Shown here in pieces: positions 9,616 to 17,636 of a DNA stretch of 39,467 nucleotides. The translations under genes and the position numbers were made by a program. The notes under the pieces were generated by a model. The model searched no databases. It was not told the DNA's origin and saw nothing but the letters and a program-made list of their open reading frames with translations. The first letter of the stretch is position 1. Each line of letters begins with the position of its first letter. Source of the DNA: Candidatus Woesearchaeota archaeon (GTDB taxonomy: Archaea; Nanobdellota; Nanobdellia; SCGC-AAA011-G17; JAGVZF01); assembly GCA_016185565.1 (NCBI GenBank), contig JACPNH010000019.1, positions 1-39,467 on the forward strand, written 5' to 3'.

Positions 9616-10743
9616 TTTACTTTCAAATAATAAATTAGTGAAATCATTAGATGGCTTTAGCTTAGTTGAAGAATGATAAATTTGTATCAAAGTTATATTA
9701 TCTTTTATTAGTTGGATATCCTTATTTAAAAATTTAGACAATAGTATCAATTGAGTTATTTCAAATGGCCTCTTCCCCCTTATAATCTCTGATATATTGC
9801 CTTGAGTCGATCCAAGAAACTCAGCCGTTTTTTCTTGTGTCATGCCATTCTCTTTTGAGATACTTTTTATAAAATTGCTTCTGAGATAGATATACACTTT
9901 AGGTTTTCTAACTAAACTTACAAATAACTTCTTTTTTCTTTCACATCTATCGAATATTCCTATTTCCCACATCTTCTTAAAATTACACCAGTTGCATATA
10001 ACTATCTTACCCCCTAATTTGATCTTTGATTCTTCATATCTTGAATTTATACCCTCGAGTTTTAAGCAGCCCATACAGAAATCTCTAAGCCAATTTTCCT
10101 TAATTTTATTATAGGAAAATGATATGCTTGATACGCTCGTTCCTGTATTCTTATTATAATAGGAGATTGTACCTTCAGCAGCAAAATAACCTCTAAGAAA
10201 ACCTCTTCTTAAGTCCTTATCAATCGAAATGTAATTAAGGCTGTTTTTCATTATAGTTTGAAACATCTTTCTCAATATAATCCCATTAATTTGAATTTTT
10301 AGTGTTTCTGATAAGCATCTTTTTATTTTGTATATTCTATCTATTCTATTTATATTTAATATACACATCCATTTTTTCTTTATTGCTTTACGACTTCCGA
10401 ATCTGTAACGAATGTCTAAATCTATGTCTTCTAATGGTATTCTAAATTTAGATATAAAAAAATCTAACATAAATTTACAAATATCTGGATCTATGCTAGT
10501 GTAGCAAATAGCCCATGGGTTGTTTTCACTTGTGACGCCGTCCCCTAGATATAGTCCAATTGCTTCTGCGAATGTTACATCCAACTTTATTGAATTTGGT
10601 AAAGTGACATCTGATAAATGATTGCTTGTCCTGCCTATCAGATTTTTATACTTTATTTTAACTCTATTATTCTTTTGTTTTTCAATAATTAACTTTTTAT
10701 CTTTAAAAGTCTCTTTAGCTATTTTTGTTATATCTATTTCCAT
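9607..10743 (-). CDS. Free-standing double-motif LAGLIDADG endonuclease-like protein with a C-terminal XRE-type HTH
   Basis: AEAIGLYLGDG and RGFLRGYFAAEG motifs; C-terminal MTQEKTAEFLGSTQGNISEIIRG HTH; no intein termini. The likely ATG is at 10743, just after the Lrp stop. Confidence 0.85.
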   Translation of the reverse strand: MEIDITKIAKETFKDKKLIIEKQKNNRVKIKYKNLIGRTSNHLSDVTLPNSIKLDVTFAEAIGLYLGDGVTSENNPWAICYTSIDPDICKFMLDFFISKFRIPLEDIDLDIRYRFGSRKAIKKKWMCILNINRIDRIYKIKRCLSETLKIQINGIILRKMFQTIMKNSLNYISIDKDLRRGFLRGYFAAEGTISYYNKNTGTSVSSISFSYNKIKENWLRDFCMGCLKLEGINSRYEESKIKLGGKIVICNWCNFKKMWEIGIFDRCERKKKLFVSLVRKPKVYIYLRSNFIKSISKENGMTQEKTAEFLGSTQGNISEIIRGKRPFEITQLILLSKFLNKDIQLIKDNITLIQIYHSSTKLKPSNDFTNLLFESKLV

Positions 10744-10747
10744 TTTC

Positions 10748-11206
10748 CTAAAGTAAGTATTCCTCAAACTTATATACTCTTAAATTAATCACACTTTTCC
10801 AATCTGCTATTAAATTTTTAAATTTCTGCCTTATGTCTCTAGATATTAATTCTAACTCTTCTGTATTCTTTGCTATGATCACAAGAGTTAAATCATATTC
10901 TCCTAATATTGAGATTAGCTCTATTACATTTTTATGATGTGTTAAGAATGAAATAAATTTATTCAGTTCTTCTTCGCTGATATTCTGGAGTTTTACCTGG
11001 ATATTTGCAACAAGATCATAACCAAGAGTTTTCGGATTTATAAATATGCTGAATTTTACTATGATGCCTTTTTCATATAACTTTTTGATTCTTTTATGCG
11101 TTGAGTCTATTGACAGTTTAAGGGCTTTGGCTATATTAGTTAAGGACTCCCTTGAATTTTTTTGTAATATTTCTAGCAATAACTTATTTTTGTCGTCTAA
11201 TTGCAT
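10748..11206 (-). CDS. Lrp/AsnC family transcriptional regulator
   Basis: LDDKNKLLLEILQKNSRESLTNIAKAL...RIKKL..KGII HTH and a RAM domain (GEYDL). Confidence 0.95.
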   Translation of the reverse strand: MQLDDKNKLLLEILQKNSRESLTNIAKALKLSIDSTHKRIKKLYEKGIIVKFSIFINPKTLGYDLVANIQVKLQNISEEELNKFISFLTHHKNVIELISILGEYDLTLVIIAKNTEELELISRDIRQKFKNLIADWKSVINLRVYKFEEYLL

Positions 11207-11334
11207 ATATCTTAATAATTAAGACTACTATATAAATCTTTCTTATTTTTTTAAGATAAACTGATAGATAGACTTATTAATATGATCATGCTACTAATAA
11301 GTAATAATACATTAAGATATGGAAGTATATAAAA

Positions 11335-11820
11335 ATGGAAAGTAATCCAAGGTATAGTGAGGAAGACTATAAAATAAGAGTTCTTTCGATGACGGGGTTG
11401 TTGGGAAGAACTATTATGGATGAAGAAATTGCGAAAAATCGTGAATTGCAAAGACAAATTGATGAAAATCGCGGATATCGCATGGAGCTATTTAGAAAAG
11501 GAAAAATAAAAGCTTATAACAGAGAGTTAAGAAGATTTGGTCTTCCTGAGTTTGTTGAAGATAAAAGATATGACTCACCCAGCACATTATTTAAAGGGTT
11601 TGGAGCCCTAGCACTATCTGGTGCAGTGTACTTATTTGGGAGGGATATTTTACCAATAGATAGCAATAATTTGGAACTTTTGGTTGATGTAGCTTTGCCA
11701 ACAGCAATTGGAACTTTTGGACTTTATAGACTATGTATGTGGGTTGTCGATAAAGCACATTACCAAAGGGTTGATGAAATATGTCGGAACCTTCCAAGAC
11801 TGAAATTAAGTTTAAAGTAG
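11335..11820 (+). CDS. Hypothetical membrane protein (2 C-terminal TM)
   Basis: ORF with a TATA-like GTATATAAA just upstream and two hydrophobic segments; no recognised family. Confidence 0.6.
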   Translation: MESNPRYSEEDYKIRVLSMTGLLGRTIMDEEIAKNRELQRQIDENRGYRMELFRKGKIKAYNRELRRFGLPEFVEDKRYDSPSTLFKGFGALALSGAVYLFGRDILPIDSNNLELLVDVALPTAIGTFGLYRLCMWVVDKAHYQRVDEICRNLPRLKLSLK

Positions 11821-11879
11821 CTGTTGTGCAATTTAATATCAATCAATTTAACCCAAGAAGAAATTTAAGGAAAATGGAA
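11805..11879 (+). pseudogene. N-terminal relic of a carbon-nitrogen hydrolase (nitrilase-family) gene
   Basis: Translates (I)KFKVAVVQFNINQFNPRRNLRKME, the classic nitrilase-fold beta1-helix start. ATT stands where an ATG is expected. In frame with the NadE-like gene. Confidence 0.7.
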
Positions 11880-12926
11880 GCAAATCAAAATACAAATGTC
11901 CAAAGTACAGCAATAAACCTGTATAGATTTTCAAGCAAGAAAGAGGAAGTTAATTGGGATTCTAGATATCGTGGTAATAAAGAATTTAATCATAGTTTAA
12001 CGGAAATGCTTGTTGATACAATCCCAAAATATATTAAGAAAGTTACATATGACGAGAGAAATCTTAGAGCAGTGGTTCCAGTTTCCGGAGGTTTAGATTC
12101 TAGTGTAGTTGCTGATTTAGTAGCACAGTCGATGTATAGAGCTAGGCACCGTGGATTAGCTGACTCTGCAAGTCTTGTTTTATTGGCATTTCATGGAGTT
12201 AGCGAAGAAGATTTTTAATATAGTAGGAAGTTTTCTACTGATTTGATGAAAAAATTTCCCGGTACTAACATGCGAATTTTCCTTGCAGAAATGGACTTAA
12301 ATCCTTTAATGCAGCAAATTAGTCGTGGTACAAATAGGGTTATAGAAAGAATAAATACTCATATGTGTTATCCTGGAGAACTCGCGACAAGACTAATAAG
12401 TTTGGTAAATTTGGAATTTGCCGACCGGATTGGACATTGCGCTGTAGGCACAACAAACGGAACAGAAATAGTTTTAGGGGAATTTGTTATTGGTGCAGCG
12501 AATGAATGCGAACCAATTGCTGATATATATAAGAGCCAGGTTTTTGATATAGGTGAAATTTTGGGAATTTCTAGATATATTCTTGAGAGAAATCCTATAA
12601 ATTCGACATTTGGCACAGATAAAATCCATACCTATTTTGCCGAAATACCAGATGGTTTAGACGCAAGAGCAGTATATAGTGTTCTTGATCCGGTAGTTCA
12701 TCATTTATTCGATTTGAAATTAGAGCCTTCAGAAGTTGCGAGAAGGCTTGGTCACTCTAAGAGTTTTGTTGATAAAGTTGCAAGACGTATTAGAAATCAG
12801 GACCACAGAAGAAGGATTCCATTCTTTTGTTTAGAAGACAAAATCGAGACTACAAAAAGCTCGATAGAAAGTATCCCACAAGAAGACGTCAGTGCTGAGT
12901 TTAGGAAAATGTACTCATGCCAATAG
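11874..12926 (+). pseudogene. nadE: NH3-dependent NAD+ synthetase-like gene interrupted by one in-frame TAA (12216-12218)
   Basis: ORFs 11781-12218 and 12243-12926 are in the same frame. Motifs: PP-loop SGGLDSSV, GTTNGTE..LGEF, PIADIYKSQV, Y..LD and N.DHRR.IP. The spacer after TAA reads YSRKFSTDL with no further stop. Confidence 0.8.
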
Positions 12927-12937
12927 TTAAATCGTAG

Positions 12938-13510
12938 ATGGAGTTTCACAACATGGAACCAAATATCTGGAAGCAAAAGGCGAATGAAGGTTGCTTAGCA
13001 GTATGCTTGTTATCACTACTAGAATTCAAGAAAGGCATAAAGATAGATAAAGATGAAGAGTATAGTATACTATTTGAGGGCATGAGGTTTGGTCCTCTTG
13101 ACTTCTCTACTGGTCATCTCTTATATCTGGCAAGAAAATTTCCGGACATAGTGTTTGAACAACATATTGAATTCAAAGCTTTTAGAGAAAAACTAGAAAA
13201 ACTGATTATGCCTAACAATTTAAAATTGGTACCGAATAAAATCTATCTTAGGTTCTTGAAAAAATACCTCAACGACGGCCCTGTAATAATTTATATGGAC
13301 CGCTATGATGTTGCTGATCACCATGATATTACTGAAATGTACCATTCCCCCCATTTTGTCATTCTCTTAAATCTAAATGATGAAACTGGAACAGTGCTTG
13401 ATCCGCTAACCGGAACCAAAATAGCAATTAAGGTATCTAAATTAATGAAGTCGATAAACTTTCTCAGAAAAAAATTCTGGATCAGTCCGAAGCTTATCAA
13501 GGTCGTGTAA
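12938..13510 (+). CDS. Papain-like C39-family cysteine peptidase
   Basis: Q.....GCLAVCL (Gln/Cys), HFVIL and LDP (His/Asp); the catalytic set is intact. Confidence 0.8.
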   Translation: MEFHNMEPNIWKQKANEGCLAVCLLSLLEFKKGIKIDKDEEYSILFEGMRFGPLDFSTGHLLYLARKFPDIVFEQHIEFKAFREKLEKLIMPNNLKLVPNKIYLRFLKKYLNDGPVIIYMDRYDVADHHDITEMYHSPHFVILLNLNDETGTVLDPLTGTKIAIKVSKLMKSINFLRKKFWISPKLIKVV

Positions 13511-13516
13511 TTCTAG

Positions 13517-13685
13517 GAAAAATTAACTTCGGGAAATAAGGTTTGCGTGTTTAATACAAAATTTGGGAAAATTGGATTATAAAGAAGAAAAGATGTTTAT
13601 TCAGGAAGTAGATACTGCTATTTTAAAAGATACTGAAAAATTATATAAGATTAGAAGTGATTTGAAAAGTAGAGTTTTATACTGA
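13517..13685 (+). pseudogene. Middle and C-terminal relics of a carbon-nitrogen hydrolase gene
   Basis: 13517-13582 reads EKLTSGNKVCVFNTKFGKIGL*, the segment that precedes the catalytic ICxD in nitrilases. 13581-13685, in another frame, reads KEEKMFIQEVDTAILKDTEKLYKIRSDLKSRVLY*, resembling a nitrilase C-terminus. Confidence 0.7.
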
Positions 13686-13791
13686 GTTAAATCTTAAAAC
13701 TATCAAATTGAGAATATATTAGCTCCCTTTAACGCAACAATGCATAATATTAGAAACCTTTTTAAAGAATTTTCTATCCAAGTTCAGATAG

Positions 13792-13877
13792 GCCCCGGTA
13801 GCTCAATCTGGTAGAGCTCACGGCTGTTACTACTAGCTGAAACCGTGTGGTTGAGGGTTCAAATCCCTCCTGGGGCG
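13792..13877 (+). tRNA. tRNA-Asn(GTT) with a 12-nt intron at 37/38 (13830-13841)
   Basis: Acceptor GCCCCGG/CTGGGGC+G, anticodon stem CACGG/CCGTG, CT-GTT-A, T-loop TTCAAAT; C32 pairs with the antepenultimate intron G. Confidence 0.92.
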
Positions 13878-13886
13878 CATTTTTTC

Positions 13887-13900
13887 AAAAACTTTATAAA
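13887..13900 (+). promoter_or_regulatory. BRE/TATA promoter of tRNA-Ile
   Basis: AAAAAC-TTTATAAA ends 26 nt upstream of G13926. Confidence 0.65.
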
Positions 13901-13925
13901 GATTCTTTAATGGAAATTTTTCGAT

Positions 13926-14163
13926 GGGCTCGATGGTTAAGCTCAGTAGTGGAAGTTTAACGACTGCTAAAGCTCGTAGCTTAGACAAAGTTTAAACTTT
14001 GGAGCAACCTGGCTAGAGCACTCGTCAGCTTTGCTAAAAAGTTGGGTGAAACTGATAGGTTGAGCAACTTCTCATTTCCACGGAGGTGAGATATAAGAGC
14101 GATGCTCTTCTGTTGCAAGACTCACAAATCGAGAGGTCGCCGGTTCAAATCCGGTCGGGCCCA
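13926..14163 (+). tRNA. tRNA-Ile(GAT) with four introns (7/8: 13933-13976; 15/16: 13985-14007; 30/31: 14025-14050; 37/38: 14058-14127)
   Basis: Joining exons of 7+8+17+7+36 nt gives a 75-nt cloverleaf: GGGCTCG TA GCTT AGCCTGGCT AGAGC A CTCGA CT GAT AA TCGAG AGGTC GCCGG TTCAAAT CCGGT CGGGCCC A. Each junction has a BHB-like central helix. Confidence 0.85.
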
Positions 14164-14171
14164 CATTTAAA

Positions 14172-14507
14172 ATGAACTATTTGTTTGTGTGTACATATAA
14201 TGTAAATAGAAGTGTTGTAGCTGCTGAAGCGTTTAAAGAATTGTTAAAGAAACATGGAATAAATGGGCAAGTTAAGCATGCTGGTGTTTCTGAACTTGCA
14301 AAGAACAGAATCTCTAAAGAGCTAATAGAATGGGCTGACAAGATTTTTGTGATGGAAAACTTTCATAAAGATTTTATTTTAAAAATAGCGCCCGAAGCAA
14401 GGAATAAGATAGAAGTTTTAGGTATAGAAGATTTATATGGAGTAAATGACCCTTATTTATTAAAAATATTAAAAGAAAAATTACAAAAGGAATTAAAAGA
14501 TGAATAA
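14172..14507 (+). CDS. Low-molecular-weight protein-tyrosine phosphatase/ArsC-like protein
   Basis: LFVCTYNVNRS P-loop (CX5R) and EWADKIFVME. Confidence 0.9.
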   Translation: MNYLFVCTYNVNRSVVAAEAFKELLKKHGINGQVKHAGVSELAKNRISKELIEWADKIFVMENFHKDFILKIAPEARNKIEVLGIEDLYGVNDPYLLKILKEKLQKELKDE

Positions 14508-14736
14508 TATAGAAGAAATAGCTAAGGAAGTATTGAATGAGCTTGAAATAGAAGGCACAGTTACTTATATGGAGCCAGATACCTTAATGATTAGGTTGGC
14601 TAAACAATATTACACAAACCAAGATTTAATGAATCAATTCCTTAATAAAAGAGCTGATATAATTCGTGCATTAAAACTTGTTAATAGGATAAAATATAGA
14701 ATAACCTTAGACCTAGATTCTTATACTAACGAATAA
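14500..14736 (+). CDS. Small hypothetical protein
   Basis: 78-aa ORF translationally coupled to the phosphatase. Confidence 0.55.
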   Translation: MNNIEEIAKEVLNELEIEGTVTYMEPDTLMIRLAKQYYTNQDLMNQFLNKRADIIRALKLVNRIKYRITLDLDSYTNE

Positions 14737-15058
14737 TAGAGCCATTTTTTACATCTTGATCTGTTGTTAATAAAGATACAATATTATTTTTACTGTCCTC
14801 AGCTGCTAAAAGCATGCCTTCACTTTTAATGCCCCTAATTGTTGCTGGTTCTAGATTTGTGAAAACTATAATCTTCTTTCCTATTAGGTCTTCCTCGCTA
14901 TAGAAATTTTTTATTCCCGCTACTAAGTTAATAATTTTGTCTCCTAGGTCTACTTTCAGAAGAATGAGTTTATCGGCATTTGGGTGATTATTAACTTCTT
15001 TTATCTCGCCCACTCTTAAATCAATTTTTTTCCAATCATCAAATTTTATTGTTTCCAT
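14726..15058 (-). CDS. Stand-alone tRNA-binding OB-fold (MetRS C-terminal domain/Trbp111/CsaA family)
   Basis: IDLRVGEI...HPNADKL..LKVDLG...LVAGI...NLEPA.IRGIKSEGMLLAA. Confidence 0.93.
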   Translation of the reverse strand: METIKFDDWKKIDLRVGEIKEVNNHPNADKLILLKVDLGDKIINLVAGIKNFYSEEDLIGKKIIVFTNLEPATIRGIKSEGMLLAAEDSKNNIVSLLTTDQDVKNGSIIR

Positions 15059-15446
15059 TTGAAATTGTTTCTATTTCCTTCTTTAACTCAAAATAAAAAT
15101 CATTATAGTCTGTATTTCTATCTGCGCATTCTAAAATGAATTGTTCGAAAAAACTTGCCATTTCATTATTGTTGAGCAATAAAGAACAATAATAGCAGTA
15201 TTTAAACTTTTTTTCTATAGCACTAGATTCTAGTTCATTAATCAATCTTTCTTTTATTTTTTCTAAATTTTTTGCTTTTACATAAGCCTTTACCACAATA
15301 TATGTAGGAGTTCTTCCCTTTTTTTCTTTAAAAAGATCGGCATATTTTTCATATATCTCTTTTCTTTGTTCAAAAAGAAGCATATCTAAATTTACATTAT
15401 CGATGCCTTTCTTACTTAATAGAAGAAATATTTGATTTAGGTCCAT
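15039..15446 (-). CDS. Hypothetical protein
   Basis: 135-aa ORF overlapping the start of the downstream gene; no recognised motif. Confidence 0.6.
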   Translation of the reverse strand: MDLNQIFLLLSKKGIDNVNLDMLLFEQRKEIYEKYADLFKEKKGRTPTYIVVKAYVKAKNLEKIKERLINELESSAIEKKFKYCYYCSLLLNNNEMASFFEQFILECADRNTDYNDFYFELKKEIETISNGNNKI

Positions 15447-15491
15447 GATTATAATAAGAAAAATAAAAATATAAAGTTATTTATTTTTAAC

Positions 15492-16055
15492 TTATTTTAC
15501 TGGCGGTAAACCGGCACTGCTTTTTCCTTTTCCTATGTTTTTGATTGCTAAATTTACAGCCTCTTTTGCATTTTTTGCAAAATGTATTCTTACCAATTTT
15601 TTGTCATCTAAATAGTGTTCTGCGTCCATTATTTTTTTAATATTTTTAGTTGTCAGTCCGGTATCTTCAACTACGACTATAGACTTGCCTAACAGATACG
15701 CCGTTAAAGTTTCTATTAGGGTACCAGAACTACCACCAATAATTATTACCGCATCGCAAGAATTAATCATTATTGCAATTCTTCCTTCTTCTGTGAAGCC
15801 AGTGCTAATAATAATGTCCATATATTTACCTATGTAATTGTAGGTTTCTTTTAACTGAGGTATTAGGCTAATATTGATTCCATTATTTTTTTCATTACCT
15901 CTTCTTGCATATTCACCAATACCAGTTGTTCCTCCTGTTACTAGTACATGGCCTTTCCTAGCAATCTCAGCTCCTACTTGTTCTGCAACCTTATAAGATG
16001 ACTTCGGCAAGTTCATTCTCCAAGATCCCATGACACCTATTTGTAATCTTTTCAT
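15492..16055 (-). CDS. LOG/SLOG Rossmann-fold protein (TIGR00725-like)
   Basis: IGVMGS, LVTGGTTGIG and DAVIIIGGSSGTLIE...AY..GK motifs. Confidence 0.85.
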   Translation of the reverse strand: MKRLQIGVMGSWRMNLPKSSYKVAEQVGAEIARKGHVLVTGGTTGIGEYARRGNEKNNGINISLIPQLKETYNYIGKYMDIIISTGFTEEGRIAIMINSCDAVIIIGGSSGTLIETLTAYLLGKSIVVVEDTGLTTKNIKKIMDAEHYLDDKKLVRIHFAKNAKEAVNLAIKNIGKGKSSAGLPPVK

Positions 16056-17518
16056 TTTATCTTATTAAATAATATGGGCCCCTTCTTTACCATATAGTGT
16101 TCAATTAATCCAAATTTAGCTTCTTTTAATGAAGAACAACTTGTTCCGAGTTGCATATAAATTTTTCCAGAGGTTTCTGGAATAAAAGGGCTCAACAATA
16201 ATGCAATAATTCTAATGCTTTCGAATAATGAATATAGGTGTTTTTCCTGATCTGTTGGATTCATTGCCCAGAGCTTTTCATCATTTATGTGTTTATTACA
16301 AGATTTCACAAAAGTCCAGATCTCGTTCAAAACTTCTGTTAGTTTGAAATCGTTCATGAAATTTTCTATCTTTTTTACGTCTAATTTAGAGATTAGTTTT
16401 TCATCTATTTTATTTTTCTTTATTTTTCCACTGAAATTCTTTTCTGCTATTGTAAGGACTCTGCTTAACAAATTTCCTAGGTCGTTTGCCAATTCATTAT
16501 TTAGACGGTCTTTTAACGCTTCTTCTGAGAAGTTTCCGTCTTCCCCGAATGGAATTTCACGTATTAGGAAATATCTAATGGCATCTACATGGTATTTTTT
16601 TGCTAATTCGAACGGGTCTATAACATTGCCAACACTTTTACTCATTTTTTCTCCCTTTAAATTTATAAAACCATGGTTTAAAACTTTTGGAAGCTTCAAA
16701 TTAATTGACATTATTATAGAGCCCCATATTACGGTATGTTGCCAAAGGATATCTGGCCCGATCAAATGAGCCCCGGGCCAAAATTCTTTAAATTTTTTGT
16801 TAGGGTAATCTATAGTAGTAAGATAATTTATCAGGGCTTCCACCCAGACAAATTGGCTAAAATTTTTATCTAAGGGAAACTCTAACCCCCATACGTCTTT
16901 TCTTGTGATGCTTAAATCCCTTAAGGGTATCTTCAATCTATTGTATATTTCATTTCTCTTTTTTTGTATAAGAATAAATTCAGGATGTTTTTCTATATGT
17001 TTGATTAATTTTGATTGAAACTCACTCATTTTAAAGAAGTACCCATCTTCTTTTTTGATTTCCAATTCTTTTTTATGCACTGGACATTTTCCTTTTATAA
17101 GATCCTTTTCGGTGTAGAAATTTTCACATTCTACACAATACAATCCTTCATATGAACCTTTATAGATAAAACCATTTTCGTTTATTTTATTGATAATTTT
17201 TTTAACAACATCTTCATGTCTTTTTTCAGTGGTCCTGATAAAATCATCATAACTAATATTATAAACCTTACAAAGATTTAGAAAAAATCTCGAAATATAA
17301 TCTACAAATTCTTTTGGAGTTTTGCCTTGTTTTTCAGCTGCTCTTTGTATTTTTAAGCCATGTTCGTCAGTACCAGTAGAAAAATGTACTTTATATCCCC
17401 CTAATCTTTTCCATCTGGCTATTACATCAGCCAAGATTTTTTCATATAAATGCCCCAGATGTGGTGGCCCAGAGACATAATCTATGGCTGTAGATATAAA
17501 AAAAGTATTTTTAGGCAT
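16052..17518 (-). CDS. metG: Methionyl-tRNA synthetase catalytic core, lacking the C-terminal tRNA-binding domain
   Basis: HLGH, TGTDEHG, a single Zn knuckle CVEC...CPVH, KMSKS, and ELANDLGNLLSR in the anticodon domain. Confidence 0.95.
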   Translation of the reverse strand: MPKNTFFISTAIDYVSGPPHLGHLYEKILADVIARWKRLGGYKVHFSTGTDEHGLKIQRAAEKQGKTPKEFVDYISRFFLNLCKVYNISYDDFIRTTEKRHEDVVKKIINKINENGFIYKGSYEGLYCVECENFYTEKDLIKGKCPVHKKELEIKKEDGYFFKMSEFQSKLIKHIEKHPEFILIQKKRNEIYNRLKIPLRDLSITRKDVWGLEFPLDKNFSQFVWVEALINYLTTIDYPNKKFKEFWPGAHLIGPDILWQHTVIWGSIIMSINLKLPKVLNHGFINLKGEKMSKSVGNVIDPFELAKKYHVDAIRYFLIREIPFGEDGNFSEEALKDRLNNELANDLGNLLSRVLTIAEKNFSGKIKKNKIDEKLISKLDVKKIENFMNDFKLTEVLNEIWTFVKSCNKHINDEKLWAMNPTDQEKHLYSLFESIRIIALLLSPFIPETSGKIYMQLGTSCSSLKEAKFGLIEHYMVKKGPILFNKIK

Positions 17519-17562
17519 AGGAAAACATTAAAAAAGATATATTATAAAACTTATCATTTTAG

Positions 17563-17635
17563 GCGCCAATAGTTTAGCCTGGTAGAATCGGAGCTTCCCA
17601 AGCTTCTGGCCCGGGTTCAAATCCCGGTTGGCGCA
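17563..17635 (+). tRNA. tRNA-Gly(CCC), intronless
   Basis: GCGCCAA/TTGGCGC+A, anticodon arm GGAGC-TTCCCAA-GCTTC, T arm CCGGG TTCAAAT CCCGG. Confidence 0.96.
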
Positions 17636-17636
17636 T

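Noticed and set aside
12216-12218. Stop-codon reassignment or programmed readthrough of TAA
   Set aside because: TAA, TAG and TGA all terminate conserved genes normally in this window, and no suppressor tRNA is seen.
14058-14127. Intron-encoded C/D box guide RNA, as in euryarchaeal tRNA-Trp
   Set aside because: No RUGAUGA/CUGA box pair lies within the intron.
13926-14163. Split (trans-spliced) or permuted tRNA interpretation
   Set aside because: All exons are collinear on one strand behind one promoter, and there are no long complementary leader/trailer sequences.
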